64,000 nt of DNA, taken from contig OY970325.1 of the NCBI GenBank assembly GCA_963717145.1, positions 1,440,001 to 1,504,000 of the forward strand, written 5' to 3'. Below, piece by piece: positions 8,619 to 18,011 of the stretch. The position numbers were made by a program, and so were the translations under genes. Positions within the stretch are counted from its first letter, which is position 1; each line of letters begins with the position of its first letter. Source of the stretch: an uncultured Armatimonadetes bacterium (GTDB lineage Bacteria; Armatimonadota; UBA5829; DTJY01). The notes under the pieces are model-generated. The model did no database searches. It had not been told where the DNA came from and was given only the letters and a program-made list of their open reading frames with translations.

Positions 8619-9515
8619 TCACCGCTCAGATATCGTGCGTTCAAGCAACTCGCATGCGTACGAGGGGCGAAGCATACCGAAGGTATGGGTCTTGCCGGAT
8701 GAGGTCTTAAGCTCCATACATCGACCTGTCGTATTGCAGAGAGCGCCGCAGGCCCACCATCTCCGGGTCTCCAGGAACTGGCGATGCACCGCTTCGCAGT
8801 CGGTAATATCGGACAGAAGCACGCGCTTCCTGATGATCCCGCATTTCAAGGTGACGGCATCCGGGGAAACAACCACGGTCCTCCGGGTGAATGAAGCCAG
8901 AAGAATGCTACCAGGCAATCCCACGGCCATAAAGTGCAAGTCATGTCGCACAAGCGCCGCCGTCACAGACAACCCCAACACTAACAATGCTGATACTGCC
9001 ATCGACCAGTCAGCCTCCGAGTCCGTGTAGCTCGTGAAGCCAGGGGACTGCCCGACATCATCGGGCGGCGGAGGTTCCAGGGCTGAATCCTTGGCAGCAT
9101 ACGGCCTTCTCCACTCCATGAGCGCAGTGGACCCGAGTCCCAGGACTGCTATTCCCGATAATAGAGGCCATGACGCAGAGACATCAATCGCATGGCGCGC
9201 GTACGCCGATCCTCTGGCTGCGGTGTCTATGGCTATCCATAAATACGGGAGCATGGTCGCCTGGGATACCAGCGCCATGTAGTTGAACTTTTTTCGCCTT
9301 TCAGACACGACCCACTTGTGGTTGAGGGAAACCTCGGGTACCCACAACACCACCACGAAGCTCGCCATCAACATGCAGATCCCTGAGTAGGATCGGCGGA
9401 TCTCCGGATCGACATCGAGATTCAGCCAGTATAGACCAACACCCACGCATGTCAGAAACGCAAGCGCAGGCACGATCTCCAGTTGCCAGGGATGCTCTCG
9501 TATGAACCGCCGCAT
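8619..9515 (-). CDS. Hypothetical multi-pass membrane protein with C-terminal bacterial PH-like region
   Basis: AGGAGG RBS; about 6 TM; C-terminal VVVSPDAVTLKCGIIRKRVLLSDI pattern. Confidence 0.7.
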   Translation of the reverse strand: MRRFIREHPWQLEIVPALAFLTCVGVGLYWLNLDVDPEIRRSYSGICMLMASFVVVLWVPEVSLNHKWVVSERRKKFNYMALVSQATMLPYLWIAIDTAARGSAYARHAIDVSASWPLLSGIAVLGLGSTALMEWRRPYAAKDSALEPPPPDDVGQSPGFTSYTDSEADWSMAVSALLVLGLSVTAALVRHDLHFMAVGLPGSILLASFTRRTVVVSPDAVTLKCGIIRKRVLLSDITDCEAVHRQFLETRRWWACGALCNTTGRCMELKTSSGKTHTFGMLRPSYACELLERTISER

Positions 9516-9558
9516 CGGAATGCCTCCTGGGCCAGGTGTGAAACGATCTCCCAGTATG

Positions 9559-9587
9559 TAGACACTTGGACTCTGCCGGTAGTTGCA
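9559..9587 (-). promoter_or_regulatory. ECF-sigma-like promoter candidate
   Basis: TGCAAC-N18-GTCTA about 45 nt upstream of ATG 9515. Confidence 0.4.
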
Positions 9588-9664
9588 GAAAGCGCCTACG
9601 GGAATATGTTGCGCGTGGATGCAGAGAGTCCCTGCTTCAATGCGGGGATCGCAAGCAGTCGAGG

Positions 9665-10330
9665 CTATCGTTTGCCGTTCAGCTTCTCCCTGCAGTCGCG
9701 CAGGTAGATGCGGGCGGCCTTCAGTTCGAACGGCGACTCGTCGGTCAGCTTCTTGTAGCGTCTGATGGAGGTCTCGAGGTCCCGGGCGGCCTCATTCCAA
9801 CGTTGGAGGCGGTGATAGAGGATGCCCCGCTCGAGGTAGACCCGGTGGTCCTCGGGGTTGTTCTTGATGGCCTCGGTGATGAACTGCTCGGACTCACGGA
9901 ACTGGCCTGTGCGGAAGAGCCAGTATGCCCCGTCGAGCCACGCCTCGACATTCTGCGGGTTCAGGCGGGCGGCGATCATGAACCAGGGCAGGAGTTCCTT
10001 TTCGTCAGCGCCCTGGATGTGCTTGTCTCCCGTCGGCGCGATCTGACCATGCAGTCTGTTCATTACCCCATGCAACGGCAGGGAGAGAGTCACCTCATGG
10101 TGCTCGCATTCATCGCAAGTGTGCCCGACTCCGGCGTGGAGGTAGAGATCCGCCTGATCCATCGCGGTCTGAGAGGCGATCTCCGCCGTTCCGCCGAACA
10201 GGCGCACGAGCACATCCGACTCGGGCTGGTCCGAAGCCCCGGTCTGAGTCACAATCGACCCAGCCAGGAGGAAAGCGACCGCGCCCAGGACGGCCATGAC
10301 TGCCAGCGGGCGGAATCCCATCATAGCCAC
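9665..10330 (-). CDS. Membrane-anchored TPR protein
   Basis: N-terminal TM; TPR-like LNPQNVEAW..GAYWL and NPEDHRVYLERGILY; His/Cys-rich HTCDECEHHE. Confidence 0.75.
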   Translation of the reverse strand: MAMMGFRPLAVMAVLGAVAFLLAGSIVTQTGASDQPESDVLVRLFGGTAEIASQTAMDQADLYLHAGVGHTCDECEHHEVTLSLPLHGVMNRLHGQIAPTGDKHIQGADEKELLPWFMIAARLNPQNVEAWLDGAYWLFRTGQFRESEQFITEAIKNNPEDHRVYLERGILYHRLQRWNEAARDLETSIRRYKKLTDESPFELKAARIYLRDCREKLNGKR

Positions 10331-11087
10331 TTCCTGCGGAAGATCATTGTGCCCGCCGCACCGGCTGCCACTGCGTATGCCAGGCCATAGAGCACGATCT
10401 GGATCAAGGTCGAGATCGGCAGCGGCCCCAGCCGTGCACGAGCCGCCGCGATATGTCGAAGAACTCGAAGTGTGGCAGTCCCAGGTACGCTATCCACGCC
10501 AGATACTGCTGCACGCCGTTCAGCCGCTCGATCATTCCCATCAGCGACTGCCCGCCGTAGCGGGTCACTCCGAGCAGCAGGATGGCAAATGTAACCGCGC
10601 CCGCGGGTGTGCATGCACACGAAAAGAAGACTGTTATGCTGCAGAGCAGCGTCAGTGCGGTGACCTGCAGTAGGAACGCCTGCCAGAGTGTTGGGTCGAA
10701 CAGCGTCGCCCCGCCCCTGAGCGCCAGCATTCCGACGAGCACGAGATAGAGGCCGCTGAAGCATACCACAGCGGCGAACACCGATCCGAGCGCTCGTCCG
10801 GCCACGTACTGCCACCTCGGAATCGGTCGTGCGAGCAGGACGTATACCGTCCGCTGCTCGACATCGGATGGAATCTGCCTCGCCGCGAGTGGCGCCGCCA
10901 ATGCAAAGGAAGCCAGCCATGCGATCTGCATGACTATCTCGCGCGAGAACCGGCCGGCCTGGGATGCGCCGATGTTGGCGACTTGAAGCCATGCGGCCAG
11001 CACGATGATAAGCACCAGAACGACGTAGAACTCCTTCCTTCGCAGCGTCTCGATGACTGAGAGGTGTGCAATCGCTAGGCAGCCCAT
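10321..11087 (-). CDS. ABC-2 type permease with apparent 1-nt frameshift near 10427
   Basis: EQRTVYVLLARPIPRWQY motif; adding one G to the GGGG run (10426-10429) gives GWGPLPISTLIQIVLYGLAY..IFRRKWL. Confidence 0.8.
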
Positions 11088-11824
11088 GGCATCTCCTCCT
11101 CCAGCAGTCGGATGAAGGCGTGCTCCAGGTTGCCGTCCGCGCCGATCGCGTCCGTGACGGATCCATGATGCACGAGCCGTCCATTCGAGAGCACGAGTAT
11201 CCGATCCGCGACCATCTCGATCTCTCCCAACTCATGGGACGAAAACAGGATCGTCTTCCCTTCCGAGCGCAGTTCGGCGAGCAGTTCACGCATCCTCATG
11301 CGGGCGATCGGATCGAGTCCGGACATCGGCTCGTCGAGAATGAGAATCTGCGGGTTGTTCAACAGTGCCTGCGCGAACCCGGCTTGCTGAAGCATGCCCT
11401 TCGAGAATCCGGCGATCCGGCCGTTGAGATGCTCCGTCATCCTGGTGCGCTCGGCCACACCTCGAACGGCGTCTTTTCGTTCCGACCGAGGCATCCCGGT
11501 GAGAGCGGCACAGACGTGCAGGAACTCCGAGAGCTTCAGGTACTTCGGGTAGTACGAGATCTCCGGCATATATCCGAGCCGCAGCCTCGACCGGGGATCG
11601 CTCGATGGCACGCCGGATATGAAGCATGTGTCATGCGGAGCCGGTGTAAGACCCAGGAGAGCCTTGATGGCGGATGTCTTGCCGGCCCCATTCGGCCCGA
11701 TGAAGCCGACGATCTCCCCCTGCTCGACGCAGAATGAGAGATCGGAAACCGCGAGTTTGCCGGACTTTCGTCCGGACTTGTAGCTTACAGTCAGTCCTCT
11801 GACTTCGATGGCAGGCGTATTCAG
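11075..11824 (-). CDS. ABC transporter ATP-binding protein, probable CTG start
   Basis: Frame open upstream of track start through Walker A GPNGAGKT to CTG at 11824, with an in-frame TGA just upstream; FSKGM signature, ILILDEP. Confidence 0.85.
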   Translation of the reverse strand: MNTPAIEVRGLTVSYKSGRKSGKLAVSDLSFCVEQGEIVGFIGPNGAGKTSAIKALLGLTPAPHDTCFISGVPSSDPRSRLRLGYMPEISYYPKYLKLSEFLHVCAALTGMPRSERKDAVRGVAERTRMTEHLNGRIAGFSKGMLQQAGFAQALLNNPQILILDEPMSGLDPIARMRMRELLAELRSEGKTILFSSHELGEIEMVADRILVLSNGRLVHHGSVTDAIGADGNLEHAFIRLLEEEMPWAA

Positions 11825-11871
11825 GCGTCCTCACATCCCTTCCAGGTATATCTTCGGAAGGAATCGATGCG

Positions 11872-11930
11872 GATTGGAGATGGGGAGTGGGAGAAAGGGA
11901 GTGTGGGAGTCTGGGAGAACAGGGGAAACC
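11872..11930. repeat. Degenerate 8-mer tandem array (GGGAGTGT-like)
   Basis: ggggagtgggagaaagggagtgtgggagtctgggagaac; similar array at 54693. Confidence 0.55.
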
Positions 11931-11953
11931 GGTGTTGGGTGTTGGGGGCCGGA

Positions 11954-13687
11954 TCACTTCATGCCGAGGAGATCGGAAACCGTTACGAGTTCATACCCCT
12001 GAGCGCGGAGTTCGGTGACGATATACGGCAGGGCACCCACGGCGGCCGGCTCACCATTGTGCATCAGGATGATCGCCCCGTCGCGGATGTTCCGTGTCAC
12101 GTAGTCGGCGAGGGTCTGAGGGTCGCCTCCCTCGTAGGGGCCGCAGTTGAGAGTCCAGAAGATACCGCTGATCCCATGCTTCGCCGCTGCTTTCCTCACT
12201 GTGTTGTTGAAGTTCCCGCCCGGCGGACGGAAAAGCCTGGGCGACTTTCCAGTGATGTTTAGGACCACAGCGTTCGTCTTGCACAACTGCTGCTCGATCT
12301 CGTATGTGGAGAGCGTCGCCAGATTCGGGTGCGTGTAGGTGTGATTCTCGATATCGTGCCCGCCCGCCTGGATCGCTCTCACCAACTCAGGTTGCGCCTC
12401 GGCTCGGAACCCGACCACGAAGAACGTCGCCTTCGTTTCGAGCTTGGCGAGTGTCTCCAGCAGGATCGACGTGCGCTCGTTCGGGCCGTCGTCGAAGGTT
12501 ACAGCAACTCGCTTCCGGCCAGGGGCGACGGACCAGACCTCCCGACACTCCATCGGGCGGCCCTGCAGCTTATCCAGCATCTTCCCGGCCTCGTCGGAAT
12601 CCGTACGGTATGCGATGGAATACTCCAGGTTGCGTATAGCCGATTCCTTGTCACCCTCCGCCAAAAATGCCTTCGCCAGCTCATAGTGAGCGAGCCGCCT
12701 GCACTCCGACAGCCGGATGCACTCCCAGAGCCGCTCGCCGAGGCCATCGACTTCAGGCCCGGAGACGATCGGATTCCCGATCGAGTTGGCATTCCGTACC
12801 CGCACCCAGGCCGTCTTCGAGCTGATCTGGCTCCCCTGCTTATCTTTGCCGTCGATCCTGATCTGGTGCAGACCGTTGGGGTGTCTGCCGGTATTCCAGT
12901 TGAAAACATACGGCTCGCAGTTCGACATGCCGAGGAAGGATCCGTCCACGAAAAAGGTCACGAATTCGACTCCATCTGCACGGCTGGTGTCTGCGTTGAG
13001 GCGCACGGTCTCGGAGACCTCGGGAACGTTTTCCTTCTTGGGCGGCGACCAGGACAACTTGCCGTGGGGTAGAGCCACCGCGGCCGAGGCGATGAACGTC
13101 GCGACAGGCGACTTGTTCTCCTCGAAGCCCAAAGGACCGGGATTGTGAAGCACGACCATCAGCAGTTCTCTGGTTGTCTGGTGATCTCCCGCCTTCGACG
13201 CGAGGTACGCCGCGATCTGCTTGCCCAGCGGAGATGCCACCACCGGAACCGATGGCGAGCCACCATTGATGTAATCCAGGTACATCCGGAAGGCCGAAAT
13301 GTCGGGCGAATCCGGCGACAACTCACCTGCTCTGGTGATCTCCTTCTCCACTGCGGCCTTATCACCCTTGACGAGCGCAATCACGGCCAATCCGTAGTGC
13401 GCCCTCCAATTGTCGGGCGAGAGGCTGATCACCTCATGGAATTCGCTCGATGCGTTGTCGAGCCTCCCGACGTGCAGATAGAGAGCCGCGAGGGTGAAAT
13501 GAACGAGTGGGTCGGACTCATTGGCGGCGAGCGCCAGCTCGATCGCTGGGCCGGCCTGATTGTAGGCCCCTACCTCGATCGCAGTCGTCGCTTCCCTGAG
13601 GCTATCCAGGTAGTCGGCGGCCACTGTGGCCGAGGCCAAAAGACAAAGCAGTACGCAGAGTATGAAACGGCGGATCGGGTGATTCAT
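11954..13687 (-). CDS. Secreted TPR + Ig-like + NodB polysaccharide deacetylase protein
   Basis: Signal peptide; TPRs; VTFFVDG..PYVFNWNT..NGLHQIRI; TFDDGP, HTYTH, FRPPGG, ILMH. Confidence 0.85.
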   Translation of the reverse strand: MNHPIRRFILCVLLCLLASATVAADYLDSLREATTAIEVGAYNQAGPAIELALAANESDPLVHFTLAALYLHVGRLDNASSEFHEVISLSPDNWRAHYGLAVIALVKGDKAAVEKEITRAGELSPDSPDISAFRMYLDYINGGSPSVPVVASPLGKQIAAYLASKAGDHQTTRELLMVVLHNPGPLGFEENKSPVATFIASAAVALPHGKLSWSPPKKENVPEVSETVRLNADTSRADGVEFVTFFVDGSFLGMSNCEPYVFNWNTGRHPNGLHQIRIDGKDKQGSQISSKTAWVRVRNANSIGNPIVSGPEVDGLGERLWECIRLSECRRLAHYELAKAFLAEGDKESAIRNLEYSIAYRTDSDEAGKMLDKLQGRPMECREVWSVAPGRKRVAVTFDDGPNERTSILLETLAKLETKATFFVVGFRAEAQPELVRAIQAGGHDIENHTYTHPNLATLSTYEIEQQLCKTNAVVLNITGKSPRLFRPPGGNFNNTVRKAAAKHGISGIFWTLNCGPYEGGDPQTLADYVTRNIRDGAIILMHNGEPAAVGALPYIVTELRAQGYELVTVSDLLGMK

Positions 13688-13751
13688 GTGCCGGTTATTC
13701 GCAGTCAGTTTCCTGTATACATACTACTGCATTTGAGGTGGAATGTCAATC

Positions 13752-13973
13752 GGGAGGAAGAACAGGGCGAACGCATCAAAACACAACGATGCTTCGGTAG
13801 CAGAGGCCCGGCGGCGCTGCCGAAGCATGTCACGACACCGTGGTGCTTCGGCAGCGCCGCCGGGCCTCTGCTACCGAAGCATCGTACTCCCGAGTCGAGA
13901 CGATTAGATGCGTTCGCCCTGGGAGGAAGAACGAAAAGCGCCGGCGGTCGGAGGACGTCCGGCCACCGGCGCT
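13752..13973. repeat. Nested palindromic repeat cluster
   Basis: 42-bp inverted arms 13786-13885 (each arm a GCTTCGG..CCGAAGC hairpin), flanking 14-bp IR and 12-bp DR, extra hairpin 13937-13973. Confidence 0.75.
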
Positions 13974-13982
13974 TCGATTGGT

Positions 13983-14285
13983 TCAGCATCGGGAGAAAAA
14001 CTCAGCGGGCGGGAAATGTGTTTCTCGATAAGAAAGATCAACGATGATTTCATCCGGGCGCGCATCGATCTTAAGGGCGATGCGTCCTTCACCGGCAAGC
14101 TTCTGCTGAGTCAATGCACTGCTGAACGCCTCGGTCACAGCCAATTGCAGTTCGGTGACCTCGGCAGCAGACAAGTTGGTGCCCCGCGCGATTTCTCTGA
14201 TGAACCGGCGCAGAACAGACGAAGCTGAATGTTCGGCGGGCAAACTGAACCGCGTAACCTTGGAGCGCGATGTATACGTTGTCAT
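13983..14285 (-). CDS. Degenerate RsbW-like (HATPase_c_2) anti-sigma-type protein
   Basis: SLPAE..LRRFI..ELQLAVTEA; lacks N-box Asn and G boxes; GGAGGAGG RBS. Confidence 0.7.
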   Translation of the reverse strand: MTTYTSRSKVTRFSLPAEHSASSVLRRFIREIARGTNLSAAEVTELQLAVTEAFSSALTQQKLAGEGRIALKIDARPDEIIVDLSYRETHFPPAEFFSRC

Positions 14286-14389
14286 TTTTGGCTAGGTCTT
14301 CCTCCTCCACATAGCACTGCCGTGTTAGGAGCTTCGCTGCGGGAGGTTCAGCGCCGTGCTTGTTAGGCGGGCACGGTCTCTTTACTAAT

Positions 14390-14418
14390 AATGTACAGGA
14401 ATAAGGCCGAGACGTCAA
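14390..14418 (-). promoter_or_regulatory. Sigma-70 promoter candidate for RsbW-like gene
   Basis: TTGACG-N17-TACATT. Confidence 0.55.
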
Positions 14419-14590
14419 CTGGTAAATTTAACAGTTTTTCGTCCGAATTGGCCTGTACGCCCGCCAATTCGAAAAACATAGCCTCATTGCCCGGCCAACT
14501 GCATGTCAGCCGTACTGTCTGAGTTTACCCCAAGGTGATACATTACAAACATTCGCTTGCCCGGTCAACTGACTGCACACCGCCGAGTGA

Positions 14591-15217
14591 TCACTGCGCG
14601 CCCCCCACGGTCTCCGGCTTCAGATGGTGGTGGAGGAAGACGGCGAAGCCTCCGAGGAGCAGGATACCGATGACCACATCCGCACCGTGGAAGTAACCCT
14701 TGATCGACTGCCAGTTCTGGCCGAGGACCTTTCCGAGGTAGGTCAGGAAATAGCACCAGGGTACGGAGCCGACGAACGAGTAAACGAGGAAACGGGGGAA
14801 ATTCATCTTGGAGACGCCTGCCGGAAACGAGATGAAGGTTCGGATCACGGGCAGGAGGCGGCTGATGAAAACGGCGGCATCACCGTACTTGTTGAACCAC
14901 CTGTCGGCCCTGTCGAGGTCGCGATGCCGGATGAGCACAAAACGTCCGTACTTCTCGACGAACGGGCGGCCTCCAAGCATTCCGGCATAGTACGCCACAG
15001 CCGACCCCACGGCGCACCCGAATGCTCCGGAGAGTGATGCGAGGTGCAGGTTGAACGCGCCGGTAAAGACCAGGTACCCGGAGAATGGCATGATGATCTC
15101 GCTCGGCAGCGGGATGCACGCGCTCTCGATGGCCATGAGCAACACAATCCCGGCGTAACCGAGCGTCTCAATCTGTGTCATCACCCAGTGGGCGATAGGT
15201 TGCAGGATGGATTCCAA
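14591..15217 (-). CDS. dedA: DedA family membrane protein
   Basis: ESACIPLPSE, RLLPVIRTFISFPAG; TTG start after AGGAGG. Confidence 0.9.
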   Translation of the reverse strand: MESILQPIAHWVMTQIETLGYAGIVLLMAIESACIPLPSEIIMPFSGYLVFTGAFNLHLASLSGAFGCAVGSAVAYYAGMLGGRPFVEKYGRFVLIRHRDLDRADRWFNKYGDAAVFISRLLPVIRTFISFPAGVSKMNFPRFLVYSFVGSVPWCYFLTYLGKVLGQNWQSIKGYFHGADVVIGILLLGGFAVFLHHHLKPETVGGAQ

Positions 15218-15242
15218 GTACGAGCCTCCTGTGCTCCGATCC

Positions 15243-15299
15243 GTAGGGAAGGCCTTCAACGGCCTCCCGGCAGGGCGACCATGGAAGGATCGCCCCTAC
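15243..15299. repeat. Inverted pair of GTAG REPs (BIME-like)
   Basis: GTAGGGAAGGCCTTCAACGGCCTCCC..GGGCGACCATGGAAGGATCGCCCCTAC. Confidence 0.8.
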
Positions 15300-15302
15300 G
15301 GA

Positions 15303-16966
15303 CTATATCTCCATCACGACGGGGATCACGATCGGACGGCGATGGGTCCGCGCGTAGAGAAGCTTGGCGACCGCTCTCTTCACGTCGTCCTTCACTGTGC
15401 TCCATTCGGTGGCCGCATCGACGGTTATCCCGCCGATTGTGTCCAACACGACCTGTTTCGCCTCTTCGATCAGTTCCTCCGCCTCTTCCATAAAGACGAA
15501 TCCGCGCGAGACCAGGTCCGGGCCGGCTACCAGCTCGCCGGTGGACTTGTCAATGCTCAGCACGATCACGAATATGCCGTCCTGCGCCAGATGGCGCCTG
15601 TCCCTGAGAACCACATCACCGACATCGCCAACCCCTATGCCGTCCACCAGCACGTCGCCCGATGGGACCTTGCCGGTAACGGAGGCTCCATCCGGGCCGA
15701 TCTCGAGGATGTCGCCGACCTCCATCTTGAAGATGTTCTCGCCGGGAATGAGCATCTCCTGAGCAAGCTCAACGTACTTCACGACGTGCCTGTACTCACC
15801 ATGCACGGGCACGACGTACTCCGGCCGCGTGAGGTTGAGCATCAGCTTCAGTTCGTCGCGGTTGGCGTGCCCGGAGACGTGTACGGGGGTGATTGCGTCG
15901 TAGATGACTTCCGCGCCTCGCTTGAAGAGGTGGTTGATCGTGCGCATGACCAGGTCCTCGTTGCCCGGAATCGGAGTCGCAGATATGATCACGGTATCTC
16001 CGGGCTCGACCTTCACCTTGGGGAACTCGTCCATCGCCATGCGCGTAAGCGCGGACAGCGGTTCGCCCTGACTGCCCGTGGTAAGGACAACGACCTCGAC
16101 CGGGAAGTAGTCCTTCACGTCCTCGAGCCGGATAAATGTGTCCGCCGGGATCTGCAGATACCCCAGTTCCTGCGCTATTTCCGTATTCCTGGCCATACTT
16201 CGCCCGGCGATGGCGACTTTCCGTCCAAAGCGCACAGCCGTGTCGATGGCCTGCTGGATGCGATTGATGTTCGAGGCAAAAGTGGCGATGAAGATCCGCC
16301 CCTGGAGACTGAGAATATCTCCTGGAATGCATTCGCCACAATACGCTCTGACGGAGTGTGCCCGGCTTTCTCGACGTTCGTGCAGTCGCTCATGAGAAGG
16401 AGGACACCATCCTCGCCGAGTTGAGCGAATCTGGCGAAATCCACGAACTTGCCATCGGCGGGCGTCTGGTCGAACTTGAAGTCCCCGGTGTGGACTATGG
16501 TGCCTATGGGGAGGTGAACCGCCAATCCGACGCCGTCCGGGATACTGTGGCTCACACGAATGAACTCGATGTCGAACACGCCAAGCTTGATCGTGTCGCC
16601 CGGCTCGATCTCGTTCATCTCGGTCGTCTCGACGAGCCCGTGCTCCTCGAGTTTCGCTCGCAAGAGTCCCATCGTCAGCCGGGTGCCCCATATCGGCAGG
16701 TTGATCTGCTTCAGAACATAGGGTAGCGCGCCGATATGGTCCTCGTGCCCATGCGTGAGGACGATCCCCTGAACTCTGTCGGCGTTCTCGACCAGATAGG
16801 TGACGTCCGGGATAACGATGTCAACGCCGAGCATGTCCTCGTCGGGAAACATGAGCCCGCAGTCGACGACCAGCATCTGATCGCCATACTCGATGACGCT
16901 CATGTTCTTGCCGATTTCGCACACACCGCCAAGGGGAATGTATTTCAGTGTTGGTTCGTTGGTCAA
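15303..16966 (-). CDS. rnj: Ribonuclease J with apparent 1-nt frameshift near 16300
   Basis: PLGGVCEIGKNM, THGHEDHIG, HTGDFK in one frame; GRIFIATFAS, TGSQGEP, HVSGHA in next; GGGG run 16299-16302 one G short; TTG start overlaps asd stop. Confidence 0.92.
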
Positions 16967-17997
16967 CGGCTTTCGATCATACCTTTCGCGATCAACAACT
17001 CCGCGATCTGGACGGCATTCAGGGCCGCACCCTTGCGGAGGTTGTCGGAAACAACCCACATGCTCAGGCCGGTCGGGATGAACGGATCCTCTCGGATCCT
17101 CCCGATGAAGGTCTCGTCCCTGCCCGATGCCTCGATCGGCATCGGATAGGTCCGGAAGTTCTTATCGTCGTCGGTGGGCCTGGCGTCGTCGATCACAGCA
17201 CAGCCCGGAGCCTTCGAGAGGATCTCCCTGGCCTCGGCCGCAGTGATCTTCTCCTCGGTCTCTATGTAGACCGCCTCGGAGTGGGAGTTGAACACGGGCA
17301 CGCGGACGGTGGTCGGCGTAACCTTGATCTCATTGTCGCCAAGGATCTTGTGCGTCTCGGCGACCATCTTCCACTCCTCGGTGGTGTACCCGTCTTCCCG
17401 GAAGCTTCCGATGTGGGGAAGCAGGTTGAACCCGATCTGATAGGGATAGACCTGCGGCGCGTCTATGTCCTTGCCCTGGACGAGGAGCACGGACTCGTCG
17501 TGTAACTCCTTGATGGCATCCCGACCCGTGCCGGATACCGCCTGATAAGTCGTGACGACGATCCGCGTGATCCTCGAGCGGTCGTAGAGCGGTTGAAGCG
17601 CCACCACCATCTGAATAGTCGAGCAGTTCGGGTTGGCGATGACACCCTTGTGCCAGGAGACATCGTCCGGATTGCATTCCGGGACGACCAGCGGAACGTT
17701 CTCGTCCATGCGGAAGGTGTTCGAATTATCGATGACCACCGCTCCACGGTTAGCCGCTTCCCATGCAAATATCTTACTCGCTCCCTCGGTTCCGGCGAAC
17801 AGCACTATGTCCACGCCATCGAACGCCTCGGGGGTAGTCGGCTCGACGTTGTAGCTCCGTCCGCCGACTTTGATCTCCCTCGCCGAGCGGGCGAGCACCT
17901 TCAACTCGTTGATCGGAAAATCGCGTTGCGCAAGGACGTTCAGCATCTCCTCGCCGACAGCGCCTGCTCCCACTACTGCTACATTGTAACTGCCCAT
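16963..17997 (-). CDS. asd: Aspartate-semialdehyde dehydrogenase
   Basis: IANPNCST, YQAVSGTG, VRVPVFNSHS, DNLRKGAALNAVQIAE. Confidence 0.96.
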   Translation of the reverse strand: MGSYNVAVVGAGAVGEEMLNVLAQRDFPINELKVLARSAREIKVGGRSYNVEPTTPEAFDGVDIVLFAGTEGASKIFAWEAANRGAVVIDNSNTFRMDENVPLVVPECNPDDVSWHKGVIANPNCSTIQMVVALQPLYDRSRITRIVVTTYQAVSGTGRDAIKELHDESVLLVQGKDIDAPQVYPYQIGFNLLPHIGSFREDGYTTEEWKMVAETHKILGDNEIKVTPTTVRVPVFNSHSEAVYIETEEKITAAEAREILSKAPGCAVIDDARPTDDDKNFRTYPMPIEASGRDETFIGRIREDPFIPTGLSMWVVSDNLRKGAALNAVQIAELLIAKGMIESR

Positions 17998-18011
17998 GAA
18001 TGCCCCCTACC

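Noticed and set aside
7504-9515. Integron cassette array
   Set aside because: No attC-like RYYYAAC..GTTRRRY sites in the spacers and no integrase
13752-13973. CRISPR array
   Set aside because: Repeats are inverted pairs, not direct repeats with unique spacers; no cas genes
16290-16310. Programmed frameshift in rnj (likewise polA and permease)
   Set aside because: No slippery heptamer seen; homopolymer-type sequencing error is simpler
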